Assembly: GCA_040954595.2 (NCBI GenBank)
Contig: CM082578.2
Location: forward strand, 3,640,831-3,704,830
Length of the DNA stretch: 64,000 nucleotides
Direction: 5' to 3'
Source: Balanoglossus misakiensis
Taxonomy: Eukaryota; Animalia; Hemichordata
A program made the translations under genes and the position numbers. Positions within the stretch are counted from its first letter, which is position 1, and every line of letters begins with the position of its first letter. Below are positions 37,301 to 51,450 of this stretch, piece by piece. Below the pieces are notes generated by a model that saw only the letters and a list, made by a program, of their open reading frames with translations, searched no databases and was not told the origin of the DNA.

Positions 37301-40300
37301 TGATATAGTGTTAAGTAGGTCAGAGGTCACCCACAGTTTGGGCAGAAAATTTTGACCCATAGTGGTCCATGTTCAACAAAAACCAGACCTCTAACCCTTT
37401 TGGTTAGCCCGGAATTAGGTATGCACATAAATAATGAGTTAAGCAGGTGTCACAGGTGACCCAAAACTTTGGCTTTTCATTATGGCCCCATACCTCCAAA
37501 CGCCAAGGCTGTATCTGCTGTGGATGCTGAGATTTGCGAAATTAGGTCAAAGGTCACCAGAGGTCACCCAAAATTTGGGTAAAAAATTTTGACCCTATAC
37601 TTGTCCTGTCCAACAAAAACAAAACCTCTAGGTCTATTGGTTCATCTGTAATTAGGTATGCGCATATTTAATGATGTCAGCAGAGGTCAAAGGGGTCATG
37701 AAAAGAACCAAAATTTTTTGATCACATGCAAATCCACATACATCAAAAACCAAACTTATAGCCCTATTGGTTAGCCTGGAATTAGATATGCAGAAAATTG
37801 ATGCGTCAAAAGTAGGTCAAAGGTCATTGCCAAAATTACCAAAATATTTATAGCTTATTCTTGTTATATGATGATTCATATCCATAAAAAGAATTTCTGT
37901 GCTATCAATTTTTAGGCTAGAAAGGGAATTTTTACTTTTTAATCGTTTTTCACAAAATCCAATATGGCCGCCATAATCTTCGACCAATCACATTCCTCTT
38001 CGCAAACTTGATAGACATCTGTTGAATGACCACACACACAAAATCTTGTGACTCGGTTATCGCCGGTTCTCGAGTAGAAGATTTTTGAAATTTTACTAGG
38101 GTTTTTTGAAAATCCAATATGGCCGCCATAATCTTCAACCAATCACAATGATCTTCGCAAACTTGATAGACATCAGTTAGGTGACCACATACCCCAAACC
38201 CCATGTCTCGGTTATCACCGGTTCTGGAGAAGAAGATTTTTGAAATTTAAGCCAGATTTCAGAAAAAAAATTGTAGCAAAAAAACTGCAACATTGACAGC
38301 ATAATTTCCAATTACAAAAATGTTTGACAGAAGGTAGTCTACCTGCACGCCAAATTTGAAGTCGATCTGACTTGTAGTTTCTGAGATCTGAGATTTGCAT
38401 TTTTTCAGAAAATCCAAGATGGCCGCCAGGTCATGTGACTAATTAAAAATTCATGGGTTCAATGCACGACTACTCATTGACCTTGACCACTGTAGCAAGT
38501 GTGAGAACTGTACCTGCAGTGGTGTCTGAGATCTAGAGCGACAAAGAAATGACAGAAGAATAAAGAAAGAAAGAAAGAAAGATTAAAGCTGCAAGCAGCA
38601 TTGTCCGGGCCCAAGCTTTATTATCTGATCTGATTATTAGATATGCACATAATTAATGAGTAGAAACATAATGCTGTGTTTTAGCAAATGAAATATCAAG
38701 GTTATATCTATGTTTGGTGCTGATATAGTGTTAAGTAGGTCAAAGGTCATCCAGAGGTCACCCACAATTTGGGCAGAAAATTTTGACCCATAGTGGTCCA
38801 TGTCCATCAAAAACCAGACCTCTAGCCCTTTTGGTTAGCCCGGAATTAGGTATGCACATAAATAATGCGTAAAGCAGGTGTCACAGGTGAGCCAAAACTT
38901 TGGCTTTTCATTATGGCCCCATACCTCCAAATGCCCAGACTGTACCTGCTTTGGATGTCGAGATATGCAAAAATAGGTCAAAGGTCATCTGAGGTCACCC
39001 AAAATTTGGGCAGAAAATTTTGACCCAAAGTAGTCCATGTCCAACAAAAACCAGACCTCTAGCCCTTTTGGTTAGCCCGGAATTAGGTATGCACATAAAT
39101 AATGAGTTAAGCAGGTGTCACAGGTGACCCAAAACTTTGGCTTTTCATTATGGCCCCATACCTCCAAACGCCAAGGCTGTATCTGCTGTGGATGTCGAGA
39201 TATGCAAAAGTAGGTCAAAGGTCACCCGAGGTCATCCAACATTTGGGCAAAATATTTTGACCCCATACTGATCCATGTCCAGAAAAAAACAAACCTCTAG
39301 GTCATTTGGTTCATCTGTAATTAGGTATGCGCATATTTAATGAGGTCAGCAGAGGTCAAAGGGGTCATGAAAAGTAGCAAAAATTTTTGATCACATACAA
39401 AACCACATACATCAAAAACCAAACTTATAGCCCTATTGGTTAGCCTGGAATTAGATATGCAGAAAAATGATGCGTCAAAAGTAGGTCAAAGGTCATTGCC
39501 AAAATTACCAAAATATTTATAGCTTATTCTTGTCATATGATGATTCATATCCATAAAAAGAATTTCTGTGCTATCAATTTTTAGGCTAGAAACAGAATTT
39601 TTACTTTTTAATCGTTGTTCACAAAATCCAATATGGCCGCCAAAATCTTCGACCAATCACAATGATCTTCGCAAACTTGATAGACATCTGTTTAATGACC
39701 ACACACACCAAATTTTGTGACTCGGTTATCGCCGGTTCTTGAGAAGAAGATTTTTGAAATTTTACTAGGGTTTTTCGAAAATCCAATATGGCCGCCATAA
39801 TCTTCGACCAATCACAATGATCTTCGCAAACTTGATAGACCTCAGTTTGGTGACCACATACCCCAAACCGCGTGACTCGGTTATCGCCGGTTCTGGAGAA
39901 GAAGATTTTTGAAATTTTGACCAGATTTCAGAAAAACAACTGTAGCAAAAAAACTGCAACATTGACAGCAAAATATCCAATTACAAAAATGATGGGTAGA
40001 AGGTAGACTACCTGCACACCAAGTTTGAAGTCGATCTGACTTGTAGTTTCTGAGATCTGAGATTTGCATTTTTTCAGAAAATCTAATATGGCCGCCAGGT
40101 CACGTGACTAATTAAAAATTCAAGGGTTCAATGCACATCTACTCATTGACCTTGACCACTGTAGCAAGTTTGAGAAGTGTACCTGCAGTGGTGTCTGAGA
40201 TCTAGAGCGACAAAGAATTGACACAAGAATAAAGAAAGAAGAAGAAAGAAGAATTAAAGCTGCAAGCAGCATTGTCCGGGCCCAAGCTCTATTATCTGAT

Positions 40301-43300
40301 CTGATATTAGATATGCACATAATTAATGAGTAGAAACATAATGCTGTTTTATCCCATGAAATATCAAGGTTATATGTATGTTTGGTGCTGTTAAAGTGTT
40401 AAGTAGGTCAAAGGTCACCCAACATTTGGGCAGAAAATTTTGACCCATAGTGGTCCATGTCCAACAAAAACCAGACCTCTAGCCCTTTTGGTTAGCCTGG
40501 AATTAGGTATGCACATACATAATGTGTAAAGCAGGTGTCACAGGTGACCCAAAACTTTGGCTTTTCATTATGGCCCCATACCTCCAAATGACAAGGCTGT
40601 ACCTGCTTTGGATGCCGAGATATGCAAAAGTACGTCAAAGGTCATCTGAGGTCATCCAAAATTTGGGCAGAAAATTTTGACCCATAGTTGTCCATGTCCA
40701 TCAAAAAACAGACCTCTAGCCCTTTTGGTTAGCCTAGAATTAGGTATGCACATAATTAATGAGTTAAGCAGGTGTCACAGGTGACCCAAAACTTTGGCTT
40801 TTCATTATGGCCCCATACCTCCAAACGCCAAGGCTGTATCTGCTGTGGATGTCAAGATATGCAAAAGTAGGTCAAAGGTCATCTGAGGTCATCCAAAATT
40901 TGGGCAGAAAATTTTGACCCATAGTGGTCCATGTCCATCAAAAAACAGACCTCTAGCCCTTTAGGTTAGCCTAGAATTAGGTATGCACATAATTAATGAG
41001 TTAAGCAGGTATCACAGGTGACCCAAAACTTTGGCTTTTCATTATTGCCCCATACCTCCAAACGCCAAGGCTGTATCTGCTGTGGATGTCAAGATATGCA
41101 AAAGTAGGTCAAAGGTCACCCGAGGTCACCCAAAATTTGGGCAAAATATTTTGACCCCATACTGGTCCATGTATAACAAAAACAAAACTTCTAGGTCTAT
41201 TGGTTCATCTGTAATTAGGTATGTGCATATTTAATGAGGTCACCAGAGGTCAAAGGGGTCATGAAAAGTAGCAAAATTTTTTGATCACATACAAATCCAC
41301 ATACATCAAAAACCAAACTTATAGCCCTATTGGTTAGCCTGGAATTAGATATGCAGAAAAATCATGCGTCAAAAGTAGGTCAAAGGTCATTGCCAAAATT
41401 ACCAAAATATTTATAGCTTATTCTTGGCATATGATGATTCATATCCGTAAAAAGAATTTCTGTGCTATCAATTTTAAGGCTAGAAAGGGAATTTTTACTT
41501 TTTAATCGTTTTTCACAAAATCCAATATGGCCGCCATAATCTTCGACCAATCACATTCCTCTTCGCAAACTTGATAGACATCTGTTTAATGACCACACAC
41601 ACCAAATCTTGTGACTCAGTTATCGCCGGTTCTTGAGAAGAAGATTTTTGAAATTTTACTATGGTTTTTCGAAAATCCAATATGGCTGCCATAATCTTCA
41701 ACCAATCACAATGATCTTCGCAAACTTGATAGACATCAGTTAGGTGACCACATACCCCAAACCGCGTGACTCGGTTATCACTGGTTCTGGAGAAGAAGAT
41801 TTTTGAAATTTAAGCCAGATTTCAGAATAAAAATTGTAGCAAAAAATTGCAACTTTGTCAGTATAATTTCCAATTACAAAAATGATTGCAAGAAGGTAGT
41901 CTACCAGCATGCCAAATTTGAAGTCGATCTGACTTGTAGTTTCTGAGATCTGAGATTTGCATTTTTTCAGAAAATCCAAGATGGCCGCCAGGTCATGTGA
42001 CTAATTAAAAATTCAAGGGTTCAATGCACGACTACTCATTGACCTTGACCACTGTAGCAAGTTTCAGAAGTGTACCTGCAGCGGTGTCTGAGATCTCGTG
42101 GGTCAAAGAATTGACACAAGAATAAAGAAAGAAAGAAAGTATTAAAGCTGCAAGCAGCCTTGTCCGGGCCCAAGCTCTATTATCTGATCTGATATTAGAT
42201 ATGCACATAATTAATGAGTAGAAACATAATGCTGTTCTATCCCATGAAATATCAAGGTTATATCTATGTTTGGTGCTGATAAAGTGTTAAGTAGGTCAAA
42301 GGTCACCCAGAGGTCACCCAACATTTGGGCAGAAAATTTTAACCCATAGTGGTCCATGTCCAACAAAAACCAGACCTCTAGCCCTTTTGGTTAGCCTGGA
42401 ATTAGGTATGCACATAAATAATGTGTAAAGCAGGTGTCACAGGTGACCCAAAACTTTGGCTTTAGCTTTTCATTATGGCCCCATACCTCCAAATGCCAAG
42501 GCTGTACCTGCTTTGGATGCCGAGATATGCAAAAGTAGGTCAAAGGTCATCTGAGGTCATCCAAAATTTGGGCAGAAAATTTTGACCCATAGTGGTCCAT
42601 GTCCAACAAAAACCAGACCTCTAGCCCTTTTGGTTAGCCTATAATTAGGTATGCACATAATTAATGAGTTAAGCAGGTGTCACAGGTGACCCAAAACTTT
42701 GGCTTTTCATTATGGCCCCATACCTCCAAACGCCAAGGCTGTATCTGCTGTGGATGTCGAGATATGCAAAAGTAGGTCAAAGGTCACCTGAGGTCACCCA
42801 ACATTTGGGCAAAATATTTTGACCCCATACTGGTCCATGTATAACAAAAACAAAACCTCTAGGTCTATTGGTTCATCTGTAATTAGGTATGTACATATTT
42901 AATGAGGTCAGCAGAGGTCAAAGGGGTCATGAAAAGTAGCAAAATTTTTGGATCACATACAAATCGACATACATCAAAAACCAAACTTATAGCCCTATTG
43001 GTTAGCCTGGAATTAGATATGCAGAAAAATCATGCGTCAAAAGTAGGTCAAAGGTCATTGCCAAAATTACCAAAATATTTATAGCTTATTCTTGTCATAT
43101 GATGATTCATATCCATAAAAAGAATTTCTGTGCTATCAATTTTTAGGCTAGAAAGGGAATTTTTACTTTTAATCGTTTTTCACAAAATCCAATATGGCCG
43201 CCATAATCTTCGACCAATCACATTCCTCTTCGCAAACTTGATAGACATCTGTTTAGTGACCACACACACCAAATCTTGTGACTCGGTTATCGCCGGTTCT

Positions 43301-46300
43301 TGAGAAGAAGATTTTTGAAATTTTACTAGGGTTTTTAGAAAATCCAATATGGCCGCCATAATCTTCAACCAATCACAATGATCTTCGCAAACTTGATAGA
43401 CATCAGTTAGGTGACCACATACCCCAAACCGCATGACTCGGTTATCACCGGATCTGGAGAAGAAGATTTTTGAAATTTAAGCCAGATTTCAGAAAAAAAA
43501 TTGTAGCAAAAAAACTGCAACATTGTCAGCATAATTTCCAATTACAAAAATGATTGGCAGAAGGTAGTCTACCAGCATGCCAAATTTGAAGTTGATCTGA
43601 CTTGTAGTTTCTGAGATCTGAGATTTGCATTTTTTTAGAAAATCCAAGATGGCCGCCAGGTCACGTGACTAATTAAAAATTCACAGGTTCAATGCACGAC
43701 TACTCATTGACCTTGACCACTGTAGCAAGTTTCAGAAGTGTACCTGCAGCGGTGTCTGAGATCTAGAGCGACAAAGAATTGACACAAGAATAAAGAAAGA
43801 AGAAGAAAGAAGAAAGAAGGAAAGACAGAAAAACCCCAACGAAACCAATAGGGCCCAAGCGCTGGTATGCGCTTGGGCCCTAAAAATTCCAACGAAACCA
43901 ATACGGGCCCAAGCCTGGCTTGGCTTGGGCCCGTAATTAAAGCTGCAAGCAGCATTGTCCGGGCCCAAGCTCTATTATCTGATCTGATTATCAGATATGC
44001 ACATAATTAATGAGTAGGAACATAATGCTGTGTTTTATCCCATGAAATATCAAGGTTATATCTATGTTTGGTGTTGATATAGTGTTAAGTAGGTCAAAGG
44101 TCACCCAGAGGTCACCCACAATTTGGGCAGAAAATTTTGACCCATAGTGGTCCATGTCCAACAAAAACCAGATCTCTAGCCCTTTTGGTTAGCCCGAAAT
44201 TAGGTATGCACATAAATAATGAGTTAAGCAGGTGTCAGAGGTGACCCAAAACTTTGGCTTTTCATTATGGTCCCATACCTCCAAACGCCAACGCTGTATC
44301 TGCTATGGATGTCAAGATATGCAAAAGTAGGTCAAAGGTCACCCAAGTCACCCAACATTTGGGTAAAAACATTTGACCCCATACTGGTCCTGTCCAACAA
44401 AAACAAAATCTCTAGGTCTATTGGTTCGCCTATAATTAGCTATGCACATAATTAATGAGGTCAGCAGGGGTCAAAGGGGTCGTGAAAAGTAGCAAAATAT
44501 TTTGATCACACACTAATCCACATACATCAAAAACCAAACTTATAGCCCTATTGGTTAGCCTGGAATAAGATATGCAGAAAAATGATGCGTCAAAAGTAGG
44601 TCAAAGGTCATTGCCAAAATTACCAAAATATTTATAGCACATTGTTGTCATATGATGATTCATATCCATAAAAAGAATTTCTGTGCTATCAATTTTTAGG
44701 CTAGAAAGGGAATTTTTACTTTTTAATCGTTTTTCGCAAAATCCAATATGGCCGCCATAATCTTCGACCAATCACAATGCTCTTTGCAAACTTGATAGAC
44801 ATCAGTATAGTGACCATACTGCCCAAATCTTGTGACTCAATTATCGCCGGTTCTTGAGAAGAAGATTTTTGAAGTTTTACTATGGTTTTTCGAAAATCCA
44901 ATATGGCCGCCATAATCTTCGACCAATCACAATGATCTTCGCAAACTTGATAGACATCAGTTAGGTGACCACATACTTCAAACCCCGTGTCTCGGTTATC
45001 ACCGGTTCAGGAGAAGAAGATTTTTGAAATTTAAGCCAGATTTCAGAAATAAAATTGTAGCAAAAAAACTGCAACATTGTCAGCATAATTTCCAATTACA
45101 AAAATGATGGGCAGAAGGTAGTCTACCAGCATGCCAAATTTGAAGTTGATCTGACTTGTAGTTTCTGAGATCTGAGATTTGCATTTTTTCAGAAAATCCA
45201 AGATGGCCGCCAGGTCACGTGACTAATTAAAAATTCACAGGTTCAATGCACGACTACTCATTGACCTTGACCACTGTAGCAAGTTTCAGAAGTGTACCTG
45301 CAGCGGTGTCTGAGATCTAGAGCGACAAAGAATTGACACAAGAATAAAGAAAGAATTAAAGCTGCAAGCAGCATTGTCCGGGCCCAAGCTCTATTATCTG
45401 ATCAGATTATTAGATATGCACATAATTAATGAGTAGAAACATAATGCTGTGTTTTATCCCATGAAATATCAAGGTTATATCTATGTTTGGTGCTGATACA
45501 GTGTTAAGTAGGTCAAAGGTCACCCAGGGGTCACCCACAATTTGGGCAGAATATTTTGACCTATAGTGGTCCATGTCCAACAAAAACCACACCTCTAGCC
45601 CTTTTGTTTAGCCTGGAATTAGGTATGCACATAATTAATGAGTTAAGCAGGTGTCACAGGTGACCCAAAACTTTGGCTTTTCATTATGGCCCCATACCTC
45701 AAAACGCCAAGGCTGTATCTGCTGTGGATGCTGAGATATGCGAAAGTAGGTCAAAGGTCACCAGAGGTCACCCAACATTTGGGTAAAAAATTTTGACCCC
45801 ATTCTTGTCCTGTCCAACAAAAACAAAACATCTAGGTCTATTGGTTCATCATTAATTAGGTATGTGCATATTTAATGAGGTCAGCAGAGGTCAAAGGGGT
45901 CATGAAAAGTAGCAAAATTTTTGATCGCATACAAATCCACATACATCAAAAACCAAACTTATAGCCCTATTGGTTAGCCTGGAATTAGATATGCAGAAAA
46001 ATGATGCGTCAAAAGTAGGTCAAAGGTCATTGCCAAAATTACCAAAATATTTATAGCTTATTCTTGGCATATGATGATTCATATCCATAAAAAGAATTTC
46101 TGTGCTATCAATTTTTAGGCTAGAAAGGGAATTTTTACTTTTTAATCGTTTTTCACAAAATCCAATATGGCCGCCATAATCTTCGACCAATCACATTCAC
46201 CTTCGCAAACTTGATAGACATCTGTTTAATGACCACACACACCAAATCTTGTGACTCAGTTATCGCTGGTTCTTGAGAAGAAGATTTTTGAAATTTTACT

Positions 46301-47240
46301 AGGGTTTTTCGAAAATCCAATATGGCCGCCATAATCTTCGACCAATCACAATGATCTTCGCAAACTTGATAGACCTCAGTTTGGTCACCACATACCCCAA
46401 ACCCCGTGTCTCGGTTATCACCGGTTCTGGAGAAGAAGATTTTTGAAATTTAAGCCAGATTTCAGAAAACAACTGTAGCAAAAAAACTGCAACATTGACA
46501 GCAAAATATCCAATTACAAAAATGATGGGCAGAAGGTAAACTACCAGCACACCAAATCTGAAGTAAATCTGACTTGTAGTTTCTGAGATCTGAGATTTGC
46601 ATTTTTTCAGAAAATCCAATATGGCCGCCATGTCACGGTCAAAAATCATTGCCAAAATTACCAAAATATTTGGGGTAGGTCCTGGCAGGGGTGATACCAA
46701 TGTGCACAAAAATCAGAACTCTGGTGCATTTAGAACAGGTAGAATGAGCTATATATGCATCCCTATAGGTTAGCCTGGAAATAGATATGCAGAAATAATA
46801 ATGTGTGAAAAGTAGGTCAAAGGTCAGGTGAAAAATCGCCAAAAATTTGTAACATATTTTAGTCATATGACGATTGATATCCATAAAAAGAATTTGCATG
46901 CTATCAATGTTTAGACTAGAAAAAGGAATTTCAATTTTTCACTGCTTTTTACAAACTCCAATATGGCCGCCATATTTTTCGACCAATCACAATGCTCTTT
47001 GCAAACCTGATAGACATCAGTGTAATGACCATACTCCCCGAATCTTGCGACTCAGTTATCTCCAGTTCTGGAGAAGATTGTTAGAGTTTTACTATGGTTT
47101 TTCGAAAATCCAATATGGCCGCCATAATCTTCGACCAATCACAATGTTCTACGCAAACTTAGTAAAAATTGTGGCAAAAAAACTGGAACATGGACAGCAT
47201 AATGTCCAATTACAAAAATGATGGGTAAAAGGTAGACTAC
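34302..47240. mobile_element. Cluster 2 of the same HINE-like family: 8 units plus a rearranged tail
   Basis: Opening ends at 34302, 35730, 37163, 38583, 40254, 42142, 43937, 45356; only two closing ends (43883, 43936); last unit breaks at ~46636 into a patchwork of internal modules ending ~47240. Confidence 0.88.
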
Positions 47241-47574
47241 AAACTATTATGATTACACACTAATCCACATGCATCATTACACATGCAGTAGTTGAGGGCG
47301 AAATACAAAGTTAGAATGGACACATTATGTGATTGGTTAATTAGTCACAAGTGATGTGTGGATTGGTTGTAAATAGTTGAAAATTTTCATCTGAATCAGT
47401 GAAAGTTTTGACAGAGGTATTTGTTTGGCTATAAACATATCTTTAATTAAGTGAACAGATCTGTATATTACATTCGTTAACTGTGAAGAGGATGTAGTAT
47501 AGATATACCAATATATTGAGCTGTATAAACAGAGTGTTAACCCAACACGTCTTTGGGGTATGAATCTGAAAGCA

Positions 47575-47646
47575 ACTTCATCCTACGCACTTGAATCCGA
47601 AAACGAATCTGACTCCAGCAGAGGCGTTGACCTGAATCCGGTGAGT
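47575..47646 (+). promoter_or_regulatory. Putative first non-coding exon and splice donor of the Helentron transcript
   Basis: Consensus donor CCG|GTGAGT at 47640/47641 in a CpG-containing stretch, downstream of two ATTGG (reverse CCAAT) boxes at ~47333 and ~47362; exon start unknown. Confidence 0.4.
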
Positions 47647-48823
47647 AACACGTATACAATTACATGCAGTTTTTAAATGTGGTTCGAATGAGAGAATCGG
47701 TGGTTTGAACGTATAATACTTGGTGATGTTGGTTATGAAGTTGTTGTTTAACCAATGGTAGTGTGATTTTGTTTGTTTGTGAGACGATGGCAGTTTTGTA
47801 AGATGTTTTGTATTTTCGTCTCGAGCGAATTCCAATATGGCGGCTATCGTAACGTGTCGAGATTGCTTTAATACTGTATGTAAAGAATCCATGATACCGT
47901 AAGCATGCATGTTTTGGCAAATGTTATATATGTTGAGATGGTGGAGTTTGCTGGATTAAATAGAACAATTAGAGGCTGGGTAAATCAGAGTTTCTAGTGC
48001 GTTCCATTCAAGTTGAAATTACGAGATAAGCTTCTTTTTGCAGTCAATGTACAAATGATTATTTAGACAGGAAAGGGTTTAGGCAAGCGAATCTCGTGAC
48101 CGGAAGTGTTGAATTCGGGCGATCGGTGTGTCATGCGTATGTTACGTACAAGCGTTGGTAAAGTATTATTTCTGGGATGTGTATTTGTAAAAAAAAATAA
48201 ACTGTGTGATATTTATGGATTGGCTTTTCCAAATACGTAAATACTGCATTTATTTCTGTGAATATTGTATGTTTATGTGATCAAAAGCCCAGGGGTTATC
48301 ATTGTAATTTTTATCAGTTAAATCGATTTGTTTTTTGATAATTGAAAGGAATTTTGCTTCAAATATTGAACAATCTGTGTGAGTACAAAACAGAAACATT
48401 GCTGGATTATTTGACGTTTTAGTTGTTTGTAAAAATGTGGGGACAAGCGGAGAATTGGCCAAATATTTTTGGTGACCACTGTCTTTAGTGTGTATGCTTT
48501 CTGGTGGTGACAGGTGTGCCAAAACATAGACAATGGAATCTGGCAGGAGCATGAAAAGAACAGTTGACTTGTAAACATATTTTGATGCCATGAAACTATG
48601 TTGTGGGCAAGACAAGTTATGTTATCAATCTGTGGTAACCTGTATGTGCCATTTGTATGGAAACTGTGATCAAGATATGAATTTCTGAATATCAAAAGCT
48701 TGGCAGTGAATTCATTGTTAATTGTTATCCTGTTTGTAGGCAATTGTATATTTTCATGTACTAGTTTAAATATACATTTATAGTTAATTAGTTATTAATT
48801 ATTATTTATTATTTTCTTGACAG

Positions 48824-48849
48824 ATTTTGGCTACCAAAGAGTTTTCAAG
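48824..48849 (+). other. Putative 26-nt non-coding leader exon
   Basis: Acceptor TATTTTCTTGACAG| and donor CAAG|GTGAGT flank ATTTTGGCTACCAAAGAGTTTTCAAG. Confidence 0.55.
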
Positions 48850-49355
48850 GTGAGTGTTGGTGCCCAACAGTGCATAGTATCATAGATTAACACACTCAGG
48901 TGTGCATTGTGTCAAATGTGAATTAGTCTTTTAAATCATTTGCGGAGGAATTGCTTAGTTCTACTATCAGTCACACTATGGTTTAATATCAGATATGATG
49001 ATTGTCCACTTCCATGCACCGTCTGTTAACATGTAAAAGCACTAGCCCATTTCTTTGAATTTGTTATTCAGGGGTGACGGAAGAAAAAACATATTGTAAT
49101 AGTTCATAGAAATGGTGTTTATTGAATACATCAGAAAGGAAGGGACTTGTATGTGCAGAACAATCGTTGTGCTATGTGGTGTTAAGACCATTGGATAGTG
49201 CCATTTCTTACAATAGTGGCTTCAATAAAACATTGGTATGATGTATGTTTCTTGATATCCCTGCCTTGTTATTGAACTTGTATATTAAATTGTTAAGTGT
49301 AAATCAGGTCTATAACAATCGTTTGTGATTTGTATGAGTACATAATGAAAATGAG

Positions 49356-51450
49356 AAAATGTCGGGTCATTCAGGGTCAGGTCTGAAGCCTTATTTGATT
49401 GTACACGGTGGATGTTGGGGTGTCCGTGTATTTGTTTATGTGTGTGCAAATTCATACATGTATGCCTATCGTACTTGGACTTGATATTGCTAACTGGTGG
49501 AAATGGTTTTGAAGTGAAATTTTATTCAGATTTGGCTGAGTACATTGCAACGTAAATGGGAAAATGTCGGGTCATTCAGGGTCAGGTCTGAAGCCTTATT
49601 TGGTTGTACACGGTTGATGTTGGGGTGTCCGTGTATTTGTTTATGTCTATGCAAATTCATACATGTATGCCTATCGTACTTGGACTTGATATTGCTAAAT
49701 AGTGGAAATGATTTTGAAGTGAAATTTTATTCACATTTGTCTGAGTACATTGCAACGTAAATGGGAAAATGTCGGGTCATTCAGGGTCAGGTCTGAAGCC
49801 TTATTTGATTGTACATGGTGGATGTTGGGGTGTCCGTGTATTTGTTTATGTGTGTGCAAATTCATACATGTATGCCTATCGTACTTGGACTTGATATTGC
49901 TAACTGGTAGAAATGGTTTTGAAGTGAAATTTTATTCAAATTTGTCTGAGTACATTGCAACGTAAATGGGAAAATGTCGGGTCATTCAGGGTCAGGTCTG
50001 AAGCCTTATTTGGTTGTACACGGTTGATGTTGGGGTGTCTGTGTATTTGTTTATGTCTATGCAAATTCATACATGTATGCCTATCGTACTTGGACTTGAT
50101 ATTGCTAAATAGTGGAAATGGTTTTGAAGTGAAATTTTATTCAGATTTGGCTGAGTACATTGCAACGTAAATGGGAAAATGTCGGGTCATTCAGGGTCAG
50201 GTCTGAAGCCTTATTTGGTTGTACACAGTGGATGTTGGGGTGTCCGTGTATTTGTTTATGTGTGTGCAAATTCATACATGTATGCCTATCGTACTTGGAC
50301 TTGATATTGCTAAATAGTGGAAATGATTTTGAAGTGAAATTTTATTCAAATTTGTCTGAGTACATTGCAACGTAAATGGGAAAATGTCGGGTCATTCAGG
50401 GTCAGGTCTGAAGCCTTATTTGGTTGTACACAGTGGATGTTGGGGTGTCCGTGTATTTGTTTATGTGTGTGCAAATTCATACATGTATGCCTATCGTACT
50501 TGGACTTGATATTGCTAACTGGTGGAAATGGTTTTGAAGTGAAATTTTATTCACATTTGTCTGAGTACATTGCAACGTAAATGGGAAAATGTCGGGTCAT
50601 TCAGGGTCAGGTCTGAAGCCTTATTTGGTTGTACACAGTTGATGTTGGGGTATCCGTGTATTTGTTTATGTCTATGCAAATTCATACATGTATGCCTATC
50701 GTACTTGGACTTGAAATTGCTAAATAGTGGAAATGATTTTGAAGTGAAATTTTATTCAGATTTGGCTGAGTACATTGCAGCGTAAATGGGAAAATGTCGG
50801 GTCATTCAGGGTCAGGTCTGAAGCCTTATTTGGTTGTACACGGTGGATGTTGGGGTGTCCGTGTATTTGTGTATGTCTGTGCAAATTCATACATGTATGC
50901 CTATCGTACTTAGACTTAATATTGCTAAATAGTGGAAATGATTTTGAAGTGAAATTTTATTCAGATTTGGCTGAGTACATTGCAACGTAAATGGGAAAAT
51001 GTCCGGGTCATTCAGGGTCAGGTCTGAAGCCTTATTTGGTTGTACACGGTGGATGTTGGGGTGTCCGTGTATTTGTGTATGTCTGTGCAAATTCATACAT
51101 GTATGCCTATCGTACTTAGACTTGATATTGCTAAATAGTGGAAATGATTTTGAAGTGAAATTTTATTCAGATTTGGTTGATTGCAACGTAAATGGGAAAA
51201 TGTCGGGTCATTAAGGGTCAGGTCTGAAGCCTTATTTGGTTGTACACAGTAGATGTTGGGGTGTCCGTGTATTTGTGTATGTCTGTGCAAATTCATTCAT
51301 GTATGCCTATCGTACTTGGACTTGATATTGCTAAATAGTGGAAATGATTTTTAAAGAAAATTTCACTCAGATCTGAGATTTGTCTGAGCACATTCTAATG
51401 TGAATGCCAGAATGTTAGGTCATACAGGGGTCAGGATTTAAGCCTTATCC
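49356..51450. repeat. 205-bp tandem satellite, about 10 copies plus a degenerate partial copy
   Basis: Unit starts GAAAATGTCGGGTCATTCAGGGTCAGGTCTGAAGCC; the ORF track repeats at 205-bp spacing (49545, 49750, 49955 ... 50775). Confidence 0.97.

Noticed and set aside
24591-43936. Stacked ~53-bp palindromic repeats resembling CRISPR repeats or attC sites
   Set aside because: No unique spacers, no cas or integrase gene, eukaryotic context; they pair with the units' subterminal inverted repeats and are transposon ends.
21408-47221. Dozens of recurring 60-136 aa ORFs in the arrays
   Set aside because: They recur only because the DNA repeats; frames and stops differ among units and no domain is recognisable.
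47578-48743. Minus-strand ORFs of 86-141 aa upstream of the Helentron ORF
   Set aside because: No motifs; composition fits AT-rich intron or leader sequence.
49545-51296. 71-aa ORFs repeated every 205 bp
   Set aside because: TTG starts and a unit length not divisible by 3; a by-product of the satellite.
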